A stretch of 64,000 nucleotides of DNA from Tubulanus polymorphus (GCF_964204645.1 NC_134028.1:7812001-7876000); one strand, 5' to 3'; positions 37,631 to 51,911 are shown, numbered from the stretch's first letter. The notes: generated by a model not told the origin, from the sequence alone. Made by a program: numbers and translations.

Positions 37631-39949
37631 ATGCCTCTTATTGTGGGTGGTTCACAAGTTAGCAACATTCCGTATACAACACAAGAATGGATAGAAAGAT
37701 ATCCACATTTCCAGGTTCGTAATTCATATTCTCAGGGATGCTTGCAGCTTCTTTTCAACGGTCTCGATCAATACCGTTTTATTAAGAATGAAGAATCATT
37801 TATCATTTTCAATTTCATTTAAAAATTATGCAACAAGACGATTAAAGAAACATTTGTAAGGAAAAAAGATGAATTAACAAATTTTTACGATATTTCAAAG
37901 GAGATCGCGACACACCTGATAAAACAACCAGTCCGCAAAGTCAACAAAAAGAAACTTCTTTACGTGATGCAACGAGAATTAGCTGTTATAGCTCCCAGAG
38001 AGGATGGTAGGTTCCACTAATGCCCTGTTGAAGTTTTTGTTACCAAACAAAATTAAAGATTACAAGAAAATATTGAGGATAGGTGCTAGAAGACTAATAG
38101 TGTCCTGAAATAAAATTGTGGCAGTCAATCCCTGTACCACTCGGGGTATATTGTCGGAATCAATTGTAGCACCAAACTGCTCATGATTCTTAACTTCGTC
38201 TTCTGATCAATTTTTCTCTCACTCATTATTTTTCTTCATCATATTGAGACCTGCTTTTCAAAGTATTTCCACAAATATGAATTTCAGATACTATCGAAAT
38301 CATAGGGACAGAAGATGCAACAACCTGTCACATAGGAATCATAACTCATTCGGGTATTGTCTTACAGTCCACCCTTTAAAGCCTCTCGACGATAATGGAA
38401 TCGTATACAACCCTACGTATTAATTACAGGGTCTAAAGCGGTTGGGCTGTGCCATTTCGATGGTTATGAGACTGAACAGTGTTGTAAGAGAATGGTTGAA
38501 AAACTGAAATTGTTGTCTCATGGAATCCCGGGCAGGTAAATTACTCGGTATAAATGGGGTCAAGCAAGCCAAGTAGGGGATCAAAAAAAATAGACCATAG
38601 CTAGTTCATTCAAAAACATCAGCTCTAATGACTTCATTCAGTACCAAGTTTGAGGGAACCTACTGTATCTTATTAAAGAAATTAAGATGTATACGTGTAT
38701 CTATTAATGAGATGTCCAATTTTCTCTGCACGTACAGATTGGAATTACATCTAATCGGTGGTTTTATGGATGATCGAAAAATATCGATGAACCTCACTAA
38801 AGAATTATCTGGTTCGTAAAGAAACATTGTCATTCGTAATTCGCTCTCTAAATTCGAGATTTAACGGAAGAAAACTGTTTCCGTAATGAATTCTTGACAC
38901 TCCTATATTTAGATGCTTTCCATGACTGTGATGAAGAGATACATATCGCTACGTTTTGTGTAACGGGTAAGGGATACTGAATGATTTTACGCTGTATCTT
39001 AAGTTGCTTTTAGTGAATGTAGACAAAAATCCCGAAGTAAAAATCCCATAGAAGGTAAATATCCCCCAATAATCCTCAATTATTGATAGTAGGTTTCATC
39101 TCCCGCCAGTTGAATAGAGTGCAAATAGATACATGTACAATCTTCTTCAAGGTCAATCTATTCACTCTATCTCATATGAATATCATGAGCATAAAAGTTA
39201 TTGTAAAATTTGAATAATGAAATTTAACAAAGAATTGGAGAAACAACTTGCTTTAGAAATCGTAATGAGATATCTTAAACAACCTTAAATAATTTGGAAT
39301 ACGAATATCAAATCCACGTCCGTCTCTGTGTAGATCTCAATGATGTGCTGAAAGGTGAAATTCATTTCCCCGTAATATACGGCGTCGGAGTTGACGTGAA
39401 AACCGGCGAGATTTTCCGTGCCGAATTCCCGGATAAAGGACCTGCTCTCAACCTGCGACATTCGCGAATATTCGCCGGTGTAGACAAGGTACGCAGTTTA
39501 CGAAACCATTCTAGATTTAAGCTGTGGTTGCTGCAGTATTTATATCAAAATATCTGCAGTATCGTTGTGATAACAATCTACATGTATGGTATTTTTCTCT
39601 AGATTTGGGATATCTATGACAATGACAAACATCAACTTATAGTGGAACCGTTTTCATTTGTCAGCGGTGCCGTGTATCAAGCGAAAATGTGGAGCAAGGC
39701 TCCCGATTCTATGATTTTAGAAGTAAGCTTCCTACACCTCAATATCGTTCGTATTTATAGCAAGAAGTCATGCTGAATTTTTTTTCTTTTTAGCATTTAT
39801 CAACGTCAGGTGATCAGGAACCAGAAGGTTACGCAGACCAAGTACGGAATGTTTTTAAATTCATCCTCGCAAATCCGGACACTACTACGATATTCAACGG
39901 AAAGTCTTTGAGATTCAACCTGAATGCTGATGGACAGTGGACCCAGTGA
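37631..39949 (+). CDS. NTAN1: Protein N-terminal asparagine amidohydrolase (multi-exon)
   Basis: Exons give MPLIVGG.., KLLYVMQRELAV, IIGTEDATTCHI (catalytic Cys), GLCHFDG, RLELHLIGGFMDDR, DLND..HFPVIYGVGVDVKTGEIFRAEFPDKGP, IYD..LIVEPF and HLSTS..EP; ends ADGQWTQ-TGA. Confidence 0.92.
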
Positions 39950-41311
39950 AAACTACGCTAGAAACTGATTTTTGGAAAAAAAAGTGGGAAATCCTATTGA
40001 CTGTGCAGGGGAGCTTTTGGGGGTGCGGACCGCTGCCTGCCCATAGAAGTTGTTCTTATCGTCAAGACAGAGATGTTTAAAACGTGAAAATTTGACATTA
40101 ATTTTTTCGGAGATTACATCCTTTCGGGTGTATTTCTTTAGAAATATCCAACCGAGGGTGCCTCCCGCTGGTGGCCTTTGACGCAGCTGATTTTCTAGAA
40201 ATGCCTTTTCTTTTCTTCGGGCCCCGCCCCTCCAGATTTTCCTAGATTCACCCTGATGTGTGTAGAATCTTTACTTGTGAAGTCTTCCAAAATTCTTAAC
40301 TCGATCTGATTATGCTATCGATTACTTTTACATGTACATACATATACATTGTCGTTAGTAGAATTACGTAAACATTGCAAGCACATGTTCATGTAGTTAC
40401 AATGTAATTAATATAAGTTATTTTTGTTGTTTCATTTCTGAAAAGCTATATTCACATTTTATTATGAAATATATACATGATTAAGAAAACATACAATTTG
40501 TAAATTATATTTTTTCTTCGATTCAAAATATCGAAAATGTCCCAAGTTATCTAGAATAAAATAACGAAACTTTTGTAACCGTGGATACGAACGTTGTCAC
40601 GTCGGGTGCTAGGATGCTTATCTCGAATATTTTCCGAAGGTACCGTTTTCACGCTGTAGTCGCGGGAATTTCTTATTAATGAATTCCTGTTTATTGATGC
40701 CGTTTCGTCGGGCAGTCAGATTAGCTGGTTTCAGTTGTCTACTGAATCGTCGAGATTCGTTCGTAGTTCCACAACAGGTAATGAAGATTCCCAAAATATT
40801 GACGCGACTGCAAGGTTTACGGACGATCAGGGGCCATTGCTCAAATTGAAGTTCATCATAGTGAAAGACTAGATAAAATCAGTTGATGGATGTTTTTATT
40901 AACATTGTGCCTAACATGATGAAGTAAAAAAAAAATGATGACCACTGATCAAATATTATGTCCGAGTAGTGACGATATATAGAGAATGTTAATTTTTTCC
41001 CGTTGCTTTAGTTATATTTTCCACTCATTTATCGTCACTCACTCTTCTTATATTCTATACCATACTATTGTTTTAGATAATTACCCCCTAGTTTGCTTTT
41101 ACTTAAATTTGTTTAGTCAGTAACATTTCTACGTTGTAATACCGCTAGTTCGCTTCACTCTTAATCACTTAATTTGTTTCTTTGTTTTTGGCATATATAG
41201 AAACATGTATACTTCTCGATTTTTTGGCATGAATAAATATCTTTTTGATAACTCATTTTGCCTGACGATGACTATAATAGTACGATAACCACACTCAAAC
41301 GTGGAGAACGG

Positions 41312-41450
41312 ATAATAAGATGAAAACCAACTATGTACAAATGAAAAGAATCTTAAAATCGAGAATTTATTTATTCAAAAAAAATAGAAAAAAAATTCTC
41401 GATTTTAAAATTCTTTTCATTTGTACATAGTGGGTTTTTATCTTATTGTC
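41312..41450. repeat. AT-rich ~140-bp palindrome (foldback/MITE remnant)
   Basis: ataagatgaaaaccaactatgtacaaatgaaaagaatcttaaaatcgagaattt versus aaattctcgattttaaaattcttttcatttgtacatagtgggttttttatcttat. Confidence 0.8.
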
Positions 41451-42198
41451 GAATCAACTTTTCGGACTTCATCTTTCTCGTCTTATTAGTGAGGGATTCT
41501 CTACACAGTGTATAAAAACGATAGCTTGCACCTTGTTTCTGATATCCCAAGTCAAGACGTCAACTGACTTTTTAATCATGGACCCTAGTCCGTGGTTTAT
41601 TAACTAAATCTTTTCATTCTGACTTAATCATACACACATCATCTGTGATTGATCGCTTGTTATATCTTGGAGTAAAACTCCAAGGTTATATGCAACGAAA
41701 ACTTTCTTTCCTGGGTATCACGCGGATGGCGGATGAGCAACTAAACTAATTATCTGAGACCTAACTCTCTTTGAGATGATCGAACAATCACGCGTGTTAA
41801 TGTGTCTAATTTAGATACTATTAATTAATAAGCCGTGATTAATTATCTCATTTTCAAAGTCGACCTAGTTTTTATTGAGGGATTAGCCTTCATCCCCTCA
41901 TTGTTCCCGCCGAGTTCAAGTTATGCATTGTTCTTGAACAAACAAACGCTGGACTCTGGCCAGCCTATGCATGCATGTGTTTCGCGGACATCAATGCGTC
42001 AGTGTTGGACATGTCTATAGTGTTATAAACCATATGTATTAGTCGATCCAACCTCGCCTGGAGACTTACACCCATTTCAACGTTCGAATGCGATTTCTCT
42101 ACTTTATATAATGAGAAATATGGAAAATTATTTTATTAGAAATATAGATAACATATCTAATCCTGGATTTACATTCGTTATCGTAGTAGAAGAAGGGA

Positions 42199-45100
42199 AT
42201 GATAATTGTTGAAATGGTAAGATTTCTGCGGTTTTCAAGTTCAATATCTACATCTCGTCGTGGAGATTTTATGAATTTTGTCTGAAAAAATCGTTGTTGA
42301 CCTATTTCAGGCCGATGAGGAAAATTCACCGGTCTCCGCTGACGCGAATAAAACCAACAGAAACAGAAGTAGACGTCGACGCTCTAGAAGGAGAAATTTG
42401 AGCAGTAAGTTGTTTCCCTTGGATTTTGCTATACGCAAACACTTCGATACATATATTGTCATGTATACCTGTAATGTAAATAGCATGGACAGATAAAGCG
42501 ATATGTGTCATCAAGGTTATTGTTGAATATTTCAACTAAAGACCAGGAGGAGTTAGTGCAGATAACAGATCCAGGGCTTCAGTGTACTCTCAATAGCTCT
42601 ATACTCGGCCCACGGGGTGTTTATTTTTCATATAAAAAGCACTGGGTATAATTTGAGAACCAATTGTCTCTAATCTTGGTATTAGAATATAAAATACACA
42701 TGGCTTAGATTTGTGATTTTGTTTGATGTAGTATGTACTTTGCTTATATTTCAAATATAGATTATATGTATAATAACGGTTTTAGATTATGATATCACGT
42801 AGACAAGTCGTGGCATAGTCCTTAGTAATTAGCGTTATGCTCTTCTCAACAATTCGTGCACACTTTGTAGCAGTGTCATTAATGGCAGCTGCTTTTTCTA
42901 CAAGTAAACACATGTACTCTCAGTCCAGATTATACGTACACACAGCTTTATTGTGAATTCGCAGCTTGTGGTCTGGTCACACGTTTGAATATTCTAGTGT
43001 GACGAAAGCTTCTGTCATTTTATACATGTTATCATGTTACTCCACTCACTTAATGGCTCAATTTATACCTTCACCCGTTAATTGATAAACCGGGACTATT
43101 ACGTATTTCTGAAGCGTTGTAGGCGCTCAAAATTGCCGACTGCGTTCTCGGACACGGCTTACGTAGTCACTTCATACATGGACGTATAAACTAGTTAATA
43201 CGTCCATGCTTCATGTAATGAATCTTCAGTAGTTAATTGTACTTGCCCCGCATTTTATTTTGTATTGGTAAAGAAAGTAGCACAGTTAGTAGTAAGAATA
43301 GAAGCTTTGTATATTTAGAAATACGTTTCCGAATTTTCGGTCTTTTTCTAGCAAATGGCTTTACTTCCATGTTCATAATTACAAAGGAACGCATTTGTAA
43401 TGAATGGGAAAAATCTCGATATCTGAGTAGTATCAACATGGTTAGATTTGTTAATTTGTCATTTTTACGATTCTTCAGAAAATTCTAAAAGTAAACCGAT
43501 CTTGGAAGTCGGTGAAGTTGTTAACGACATTAAATCTCCCGCCGAGAGAACGACGGATGACATCAAGAAGCCGGTTCTTTCCGACCTCACCGAGAATGAT
43601 GCAAACGATAAAATAAACTCGGTAAGTTTTTGACTAAATTGGACGCGTAATAGACTGACTGAAATATAGGCCTTTACAGAGTCCCTACGATTCCTTGAAG
43701 ACTCCTTCTAAACCAAAAATATTTTTCAAGGTCCTTGAATATCCTTGAATTTCAGCAAAATGCCCAAAAGTCATTGAAAACCCCTTTGAATTTTGAGAAA
43801 TTGGCAATTAGAATTTTTTTTAGGTTTTAGGCCTAGTTATCATACACAAGAGTCCACCGAATTAAATTGTTTACTAAGATAAACAGTACCGATTTAGGAG
43901 GAGTCGACAGTAATTGGGATATGAAAGTGATACTTACACTCCTCTAAATTTGAAATTTTCTCCTTGAAAATTCCTTTAATTCTCGAATGATTGAGGGACC
44001 CTGCTATATTAAAGTTCGCTTACGGAACTGTGTTAAAGCATAGTTCCCTAGTAATCTTTATGATATTGCCCACATGCTAGCAAGTGGAGACATTCGTCAG
44101 AAATATCAAAATTGTGATATTATTTCATAGAATCGATGCATATTTCAATTTGCATTGGCCTAATTTTCTGCTCTTAATATATAAATGTATTAAAATTACA
44201 TGTTGAAGTTCGAGAACTATATGTTGAATCTTGGAGTAATTATCTAAATTACTCCAAGGTTGAATGGGCTGAAATGTTGGTGCATATAAACTTTAATCCT
44301 ACTGGGCACAGAGAGTGCCGGTATATACCGCTAGTACATGTTTATATATATCTCTCTTCGGTCAAGGTGAAATAAACCGCTACGGTTTAGATAATTCACC
44401 TGCAGATGAACTGACGCGACTTTGTGTCCTATAATTGGTCCCTTTTTCGTGTCTTCTCTCCTTGTGCTGTGTTCTAACGAGAAAGAAAGAACATTGAACA
44501 AAAGTCTAAGCAATTGGTCGGATGAACGTTGTTTCCTGACTTGGATAGAAATGTTTTTGATTAGTTAACGTGTCTGAAACTGATAATGATGTTTTCAAAT
44601 AAAAGTGAAATAGTATTATTCTACATTGTACAGCCGCCGAGCAACATGAAGTCTATGATTATGATCTTAACGAAAACTGTAGAAAACGGAGTAAACGCTT
44701 CAGTCGCGCAGGCATCCCAACATATCTACGCCAAGGTAAGCATGAACCTAATTTGGACATGCATTTCGGGTGCATGCCCGTGCCGAGGAGTGGTTCGGGG
44801 GTAGCGAACGAACCCCCTAAAGTTCAAAGTGCCCTTCAACAAGTCAAGACAGTGTCAAAAAATTTGGGTCACGATTTTTCGAAATTGGATACAATTTTCA
44901 TGCATTTGGAAAATTAAAAATCAATCCATTGTCAAATGATTTAGGTACCCGTGCATTTCATATAAGCCATAAGAAAGTGACAAAGTGCCCTTTTTCTTGA
45001 AATAGAACTGCCCCTCCAATAAGTTCGGCACCGGCCTGGGGTGTTTTTTTCTTTTTTCATCGTTCTACCAGCGGTTCTATGTTTAAAATAATCAATATTT

Positions 45101-48100
45101 TCTGCCAAAAATACATTTTTGATTCAGTCTTTAGACTGATAACCGCTTTGAATTCAGATTTCACATTTCGGGTTCGTAACCCCACTTTTAACGCTTAACC
45201 ATTTGTCTCGGTCATAAAATACCCGACCATTTCGTGTAGTAATGGATCTAGTGTCCCTTAGTTAACAGTCGTTTTTCTGATGACGAAAGCGAGGACATTT
45301 TAAAAGCCCCAGGTCACATTGAAAATACAAAGATTCACGCGTCACATATATAATTTTTTTCTATAGAGGTGACCTATTCGCCAGTGTTTAAATTCCAGCG
45401 TTAGAAGCCACGTTTTTATCATACAAACCTGCGGACTCAATCTTCATCTTTATTCATAGAATAACTATACTCATTCAGCGAATACTCGAATTACAATTTT
45501 CATAAAACTTGACATATTTCCTCATGAGGATTGGCCATCCCCGAACCAATGTGTATAACTATAAAACTCTATGGTTTTAGGTTGGAGTTGATGATAATTT
45601 ACCGAACGATAAAGAGTCGATTCATCAAAATGGATTTGGAATTACATCGCAAACATCACCTCAGTCTATCAAGGTACGTCAGCAAATTCATTCGTTTTAT
45701 CATCGGCGAGATAAGAAGTATTAATTACGGACTTGATCGGAAGTGCGGGGTTATTGGGTTTGTAAAACGAGTGATTCGAACGGAGCTATAGCTCGGTTAC
45801 AGATACGGATCTCGGTTACGGATCTTCAACCCAGAGGGATGGGAGAGAAACCTTTCTGATGAAACAGCTAGCTCACTGGGTAGTACTCCTAACTTAAGCG
45901 GTGGGGGGGGGGCTGGGGGTATCCCCCTTTACTCGTCGCAAGTTTGAGGTCATACTCGCAGACGAACAGTGTGCAGATGTCTATTTTTGAAATGCTTCGA
46001 ATTTTTTTTAAATATTTTTTCATTTTTTGGTTTTTAATATTTTCATTTCAGACGATTGCAAATGCTGGCGTTAAAACAACGGTGATAACAACTGAGTCAA
46101 CGGCGATTAATGGAAATATACCATCAATAGCCGACAAGGTAAGACATACTGTAAGGAATTCGATTATTTTCTATCTGAGTCAAGTTTTGTTAAGTTGCTT
46201 AGGTTTGTATGGTGGATGATTCGGGACATGTCAATATTTTCTGTTCATCCCCCACGAAGATGCACAAATAATTTTATCGCGCAAAAACAAACATTCGTTT
46301 TTGCGCCCGCTCAAAAACATATATTCCTTTTTGCGCGTTTTCACGGAAGATAAATAAAAATATTGACATGTCCCGAATCAGCCACAGGTTTGTAAAGAAA
46401 TATTAGATCTATAGTGTAATCACATCATTCCAGACACTGAAGTTTAGTTTGTTCATAGTCGTTAGTAGATTTTTGGTCAATCCGAACCACATGAAACATC
46501 GAATTGTGAAACTACAACAATTTTGAATTCTATGTTTTCATTCCAGCAAACTACGCCTGACGATAAGGTACCCGATCCGGATCAGCCTTCTGTTGCGAAC
46601 AACAATATGACTGTAGATACTCCCGTATTCAAGTACAAGGACACATCGGAACTGTCAGCCTCGGAAAAGGTCATTATAAGATGATTTATAGGGTTCTGAC
46701 GGCTTAAATCCTTGATCGAAATGCCTAAAACTCCTTTTAAAACTCTTTCAATTTTGAGAAATAGGCCATTAGGAATTTTTTTCTAGATTGTAGATGTACA
46801 ATGGACTAACCCCTTAAACAAAACAGTTGCGACCTAAATTTTCTTTTTACCAAATTCGACAGTTACCGAATTAGGAACCCAGTTTAAAGGATAAAAATTT
46901 GTTCAGGAATTAACGATTTACCAAAATAAACAGTACCGATTTAGGAGGAGTCTACAGTAATTGGGTTATGAAAGTGATGCAGAACTTCATCAAGGAAATT
47001 TGAAATTTAAACTCCATATATCCAGGAATGGCTGACCTGTAGGGACCCTGATATTGATCATCTTTATTTGCCAAAAAAATACATTTTGTTATTTGATGGA
47101 ACAGGTGACGATAAATGACTCGTCAAATTCGCCAGAATCGACGGAGTTACTCGAGGATAAGCCGCTCGTTTCTGAACAAAAACCGACACTTTCCCTGGAG
47201 GTTTCTGATGCTAAGTCCGATGAATCGACCACCAACAAACCAGCGGAAGATATCTGCTCGATTCCACTTCTATGTGCGACATCCCCTGCAATACTCGATA
47301 GTTCCCTCCCAGACGATGAGACAACGCTTCAATCAACTTCCTCAAATACTGCTGGCGAGGTAATATCAACTCATCCACCATTCATTGATCTGATCTGATC
47401 ATTTTGCGCATTTACGTGCTTTTATTAACTTAATTGTTTAAGCCTTGATACGTAATTAATCCAGTGGTAATGGGAACAACCCTCTATGTATTTAGTTAAC
47501 CTTCGCCATTCTAAGACTTTCGTGAACTTCACATTATAAATATGTCTCCCATGTTTGCTTTACACAGATAACGGAATCATCGAATACAACAGCAGCTCAA
47601 CAGTTACCACCAAGTCTTATAAAAGAGTTACAAACTACAATTGAATCTAGAAATACAAAACTCCCGCTGAATTCATCAACGACATCAACAACGACAATAG
47701 AGAAAGTAAGAACAGTCTCCTGATTGATACTCGTTTGAATTGTATTTTGTATTGAATTTTATTTGTAAGGTTAATTTGTTATTTTTCAGTTGCCACCTGA
47801 TCAAGAAGTGGAAAGTAAGCAGCCTTCGGTGGTGAGCTACGATCTACAGATGAAAACGCCGATTGGACGGATTAAGGAACAAGCGAAAAAACGAACTTCA
47901 ACCGTTCGAGTTTCGTGTCTGGTAGGTGACGAAAAGCCGCCATCTATCGTCGTACCGCAAGGCGTATACTCGACGCTTTTAGATTATACTCTAATCAAAA
48001 AACTTACTCATGCCGCGAAACAATGTTGGACAACAAAATCGCTGGTCGACTGCGTGAACTGGGACGATCTATTCCTGAAGGACGCGTACAGACGCGTGCG

Positions 48101-48908
48101 TTTGTTTAAAAGCGAACGCGGTAGTTATTCGAAAATGGGACCTCGACATTCGTCTTGCGTGTATCGTGCCGTGTGCGACGGCGATCCGATTGTGCTGAAA
48201 TACTTCAAGAAAAACGACACGAAACTGCGCGATATTCTCGAAGAAGCCGTCTTGCTACTGTATTTACAATCTACTCCCACTGTGCCGCGAATGTTAGGCT
48301 TGGTGCCGCTTCAGCCAGACGACCGCGAGGACGGTTACTGCGAATGGGCTCTAGCTATGAAAGACGCCGGCGTGCCGTTAAGACTGGTAATAGCTCAGGA
48401 AATAACCAGACGCCGACAAAACCAAGCGACGAAATACTCTCTATCGAACTGGGTAGAGTGTATGTATCGAGTGTGCGTTTTGGTGGACTTCGTCCACAGG
48501 AAAAAAGGCGTCGTCATGAACAATGTAAACGTCGATAATATGGTCGTCAAAGACATCGAGGGGAAACTGATCCCGATTCTCGTCGATACGGGTAACGCGT
48601 TTCCCGAGGGCGAACGCGAGTACGCCTACAAACCGCGCACGGCAGACGATGCGAAGAAATTCGGCACCGATAATCCAGAAGTAGCGCCCGAGATATTCAT
48701 GGGCGGTAGGGCGGATTGTCGCAGCGATAACTATTCGATCGGCGAAATGTTGCGCAAAATGAAAGTCTATTTCGAAATGGATTTCGACTGTATCGATAGG
48801 TTGATAGCCGGGTGCTGCGACGCGAAACCCAAACGACGACTGTCAACGCTGTCGATAGCGAACACGTTACAGGAATTAGCCATAGTGCTTAGCGATTCCG
48901 GACACTGA
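42199..48908 (+). CDS. Multi-exon low-complexity (S/T/acidic) protein with a C-terminal protein-kinase-like (pseudokinase) domain
   Basis: GT-AG exons at about 42199-42216, 42311-42404, 43479-43621, 44634-44735, 46051-46138, 46547-46669, 47105-47359, 47568-47705 and 47790-48908. The last exon has IVLKYF, LEEA, VMNNVNVDN, LVDTG, VAPE, SDNYSIG and PKRR kinase subdomains. Start codon and exon set are tentative. Confidence 0.7.
43677..44003. mobile_element. MITE (CAGRGTCCCT-type ends), related copy at 46689-47050
   Basis: cagagtccctac ... gagggaccctg. Shares aaacagtaccgatttaggaggagtc.acagtaattggg.tatgaaagtgat with the copy at 46689-47050. Confidence 0.65.
46212..46385. mobile_element. Small palindromic MITE, possibly Mutator-like
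   Basis: gtggatgattcgggacatgtcaatatttt ... aaaatattgacatgtcccgaatcagccac. A 9-bp AGGTTTGTA repeat lies on both sides (2 nt offset on the left). Confidence 0.65.
46689..47050. mobile_element. MITE, second copy of the 43677-44003 family
   Basis: tagggttctgac ... gtagggaccctg with shared internal blocks. Confidence 0.6.
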
Positions 48909-50852
48909 ATTAAAAACATATTTATACATGTATGTATACCCAATTGTGATAAATGGTGCTAGTCTGTCTTCATCATCATGTTTGAAACGATATTTGTTTT
49001 TAGATTCGATATATGTATACTGCAAATGAATATTAGTTCTAACGTCTTGGGTATTTTATATATAAAATTTTTAATTAATCAATCAATAGCGTAACAAAAT
49101 AATTTCATTGAAAAATGGTCGAAACTGCGTTGTTTATCTTTTACGGGATTCGAACCTGATAGAATCGTACCATTACGCGCAGGACCGCTACACACCGGGT
49201 GTATCGTTATAAGTTTTGTTCTCTAACTGTGTAGACATCTTTGGCAACGGCTGATTCTAGCGATATGCTTTTGAGATTCCCGATCTGTATACATCAGGTT
49301 CAAATCACTGCAGGCGTTTCTTCGTGCATATAATTCATGCCTGAATTTGCATTTATTGTAACAAACGATCTAACTGCAATGTTTTATGGAATGCCTTATT
49401 TATATATAAGTGTAAATTGTTATAAATTGCTGTAATTTTCTGTAATGACTGGTATAGATATAAATCTCAGTATTCAGGCTTTTTGAGCAAACGCAAAGAT
49501 GATGATTTAACAATTTATTCTGGAATAAATCATCAACTGTAGGTTTGCTCATACATGTTTCGATAGTTACGTACTAATCTTTATTCACTGTAGGCTAATG
49601 GACTCAGTGATTAAAAACATGTTTTGAAGTGGATACCGTGGTTATATCTTGATTGATGCGTATTGTTTCGTCTTTTTATGGGTTTTTTTAGAAATGTTTG
49701 GCTACGTTGAGAATGTACATATAGATTTGTTAAAACTTAAAGTTACTACACTGATCATAACTGCTTTAAAATTTCGATGTATATCTTGTCAAAATACATT
49801 GCTGATCTTAATATGTATATTCTTTTCTCAATTCAAAATATATTGTTAATTTGTACATGTATATAAAATTTCCGATTGATCTGAAAATATTTTGTTTTAT
49901 ATGCTAAAATATATACGTGTAAATATTGTAATTAATTAAAAGTTCTAGTCAAAAAGAAATATCTGTTTATATTTCAAAATATAATCAAGTAAATCGACAC
50001 GCTCTGTGGTGGGTTTTTTTTTCATTGATCGTTGTATTTGAATAGACTTAACGACGAGAGGGTTCTCCTCTATACTAGTGCCCCAGGGACGCCATGCACA
50101 TTAGGAAAGTAGTACTGAACTGTTTGACAATCTGACGTCGATTTTATCAATCCCTCCCCCTTCGTCAATGTATACAGAAACCAATGATGTTGCAACTGTT
50201 GCACAATCACTGAATGTGCATGGGCAACAACGTCGATGTGGTAACAAGATATTCACATACATATAAAACCTCGTGGAGTGGGGACCGGCAAAATTGTTTC
50301 GAGTTACGCAATGGGAAAGTATAGTAGGAAGTCAGAAAATACCGCTTTTGTCAGAGTTAAAGGTCTATATCCCGAGCGTCTGTACCTTGTGAATATACGG
50401 AAACCAATAATGCCGTTGAAACGGGCTGAAAAACGAATTCCCTTTTTGTGTGGAACTGACGCCGTGCAGGCTTTCTAACAAGTTACAGGACGCGACAATG
50501 ATGCGGGATTTCTCAAATCAGCTTCTCGCATACATAGAAAACGAAATAATTAACGCGGTCCTAAATGATTCGGTGCTTTTATTCAAACTAGCAAGATATA
50601 TGAAACAATGATGGTTAATATAATATAGTATAGATCCTACATTTTAGATTTCAACTGATTCACATGCTGACTTATCACATATAATATATATTGCCAACCA
50701 ATGATATAACTTCGTATAAATATTGCCTATGAATACATATATTTATATAACGTGATTTGTTTAACGCTACGAAAAAAAACGTGGTAATATAAATTGACTT
50801 TCCGAATACGAATTCTCTGTTTGGAATTTGCTTTTTTCGGGCATTATGTATA

Positions 50853-51911
50853 TTAATGATGCGCCACAACTCCTTTGCGGGATTTCATGTACTGTTTGAA
50901 CGAATCCAAGCCGCTGTTGCACTCTTCGAAATACGGCAACTTTTTCATCGTATTCAACCAACGCGAAACGTTCTTCCAGCCGGAAATATCGTAGTCGATG
51001 AGGGTAGAAAACATAACCGACGCGGCGATGCTCAGATCGGCTACAGTCATATGATCGCCAGTAACGTATTTCTTCCCTTCGAGATACCCGTCCAACAGGT
51101 CGTACGATTGCTTCATTGCTTTCTCTTTCTCCGGGTCCAACTCTTTGCCTTCCAACATTTTCGGGTACTGGAATAAAAAGAAAACCTGTCTGATTTGTCT
51201 GTAACCCCTAGTAACCAGTGGTGGCTTTTGCCACCGAGGCATGAAAAGGTGTGGACAAGAGAGTTCATGAACTCGATCTATACATACTATATACTGTCCT
51301 GTCTTTCCGTACATTTTGTCCATGTCGAAAAACAAGAATCTATTAATTTGGTAGATTTTTTCGGGATTGTCTTTCGGATAGAAGTTGCTATTCTTACTGT
51401 ATTTTTCAGCCAAATACAACATTATTGCTCGACTGCAAAATTCAATCGATGAACAATTTTTAGATTTCGTAATAAACAGCGCCGATGCAGTTAATATTCA
51501 ATGTTCATTTGCATATTCATATTGAATTTAGGCACGCTGTAAAATGGATAGCTTTTGTATCTTTTGATTATTTACCAATCGGGCTGCAGCAACACGCCTC
51601 AAGGTTTTGGCCCTTAACGTACCTTTCCCACATAATGAAGCCATTGTCATCAACGGTTGGGATGCAATGCTGAGGATTCATCTGTGTGTACAAAAGGGAA
51701 AAATTATTCAAATTTTCATTACAACATACGTATTACCAAAAATACATACGAATGTCTGTTTTCATACCTTGAGAAATTCCGGGGTCATGTGTTCATTTTT
51801 CATCAGATCAGTATACTTCAAGTTGAATTCCAATCCCAGTTCTTTCAATACCATCCAGACTCCCCGACACGGGGAGCTGACGTGCATCATGTAAAAATTA
51901 ATTGGTGCCAT
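50853..51911 (-). CDS. Glutathione S-transferase, delta/epsilon(theta)-like (4 coding exons)
   Basis: MAPINFYMMHVSSPCRGVWM..DLMKNEHMTPEFLK / MNPQHCIPTVDDNGFIMWE / SRAIMLYLAEKY..YPKD..INRFLFFD / YVTGDHMTVADLSI..NVSRW..LPY. Confidence 0.93.

Noticed and set aside
41260-41292. CTGACGA-tgactataatagtac-GATA, a Penelope-type hammerhead look-alike
   Set aside because: The GAAA core is altered and no stems I/III or Penelope ORF are evident.
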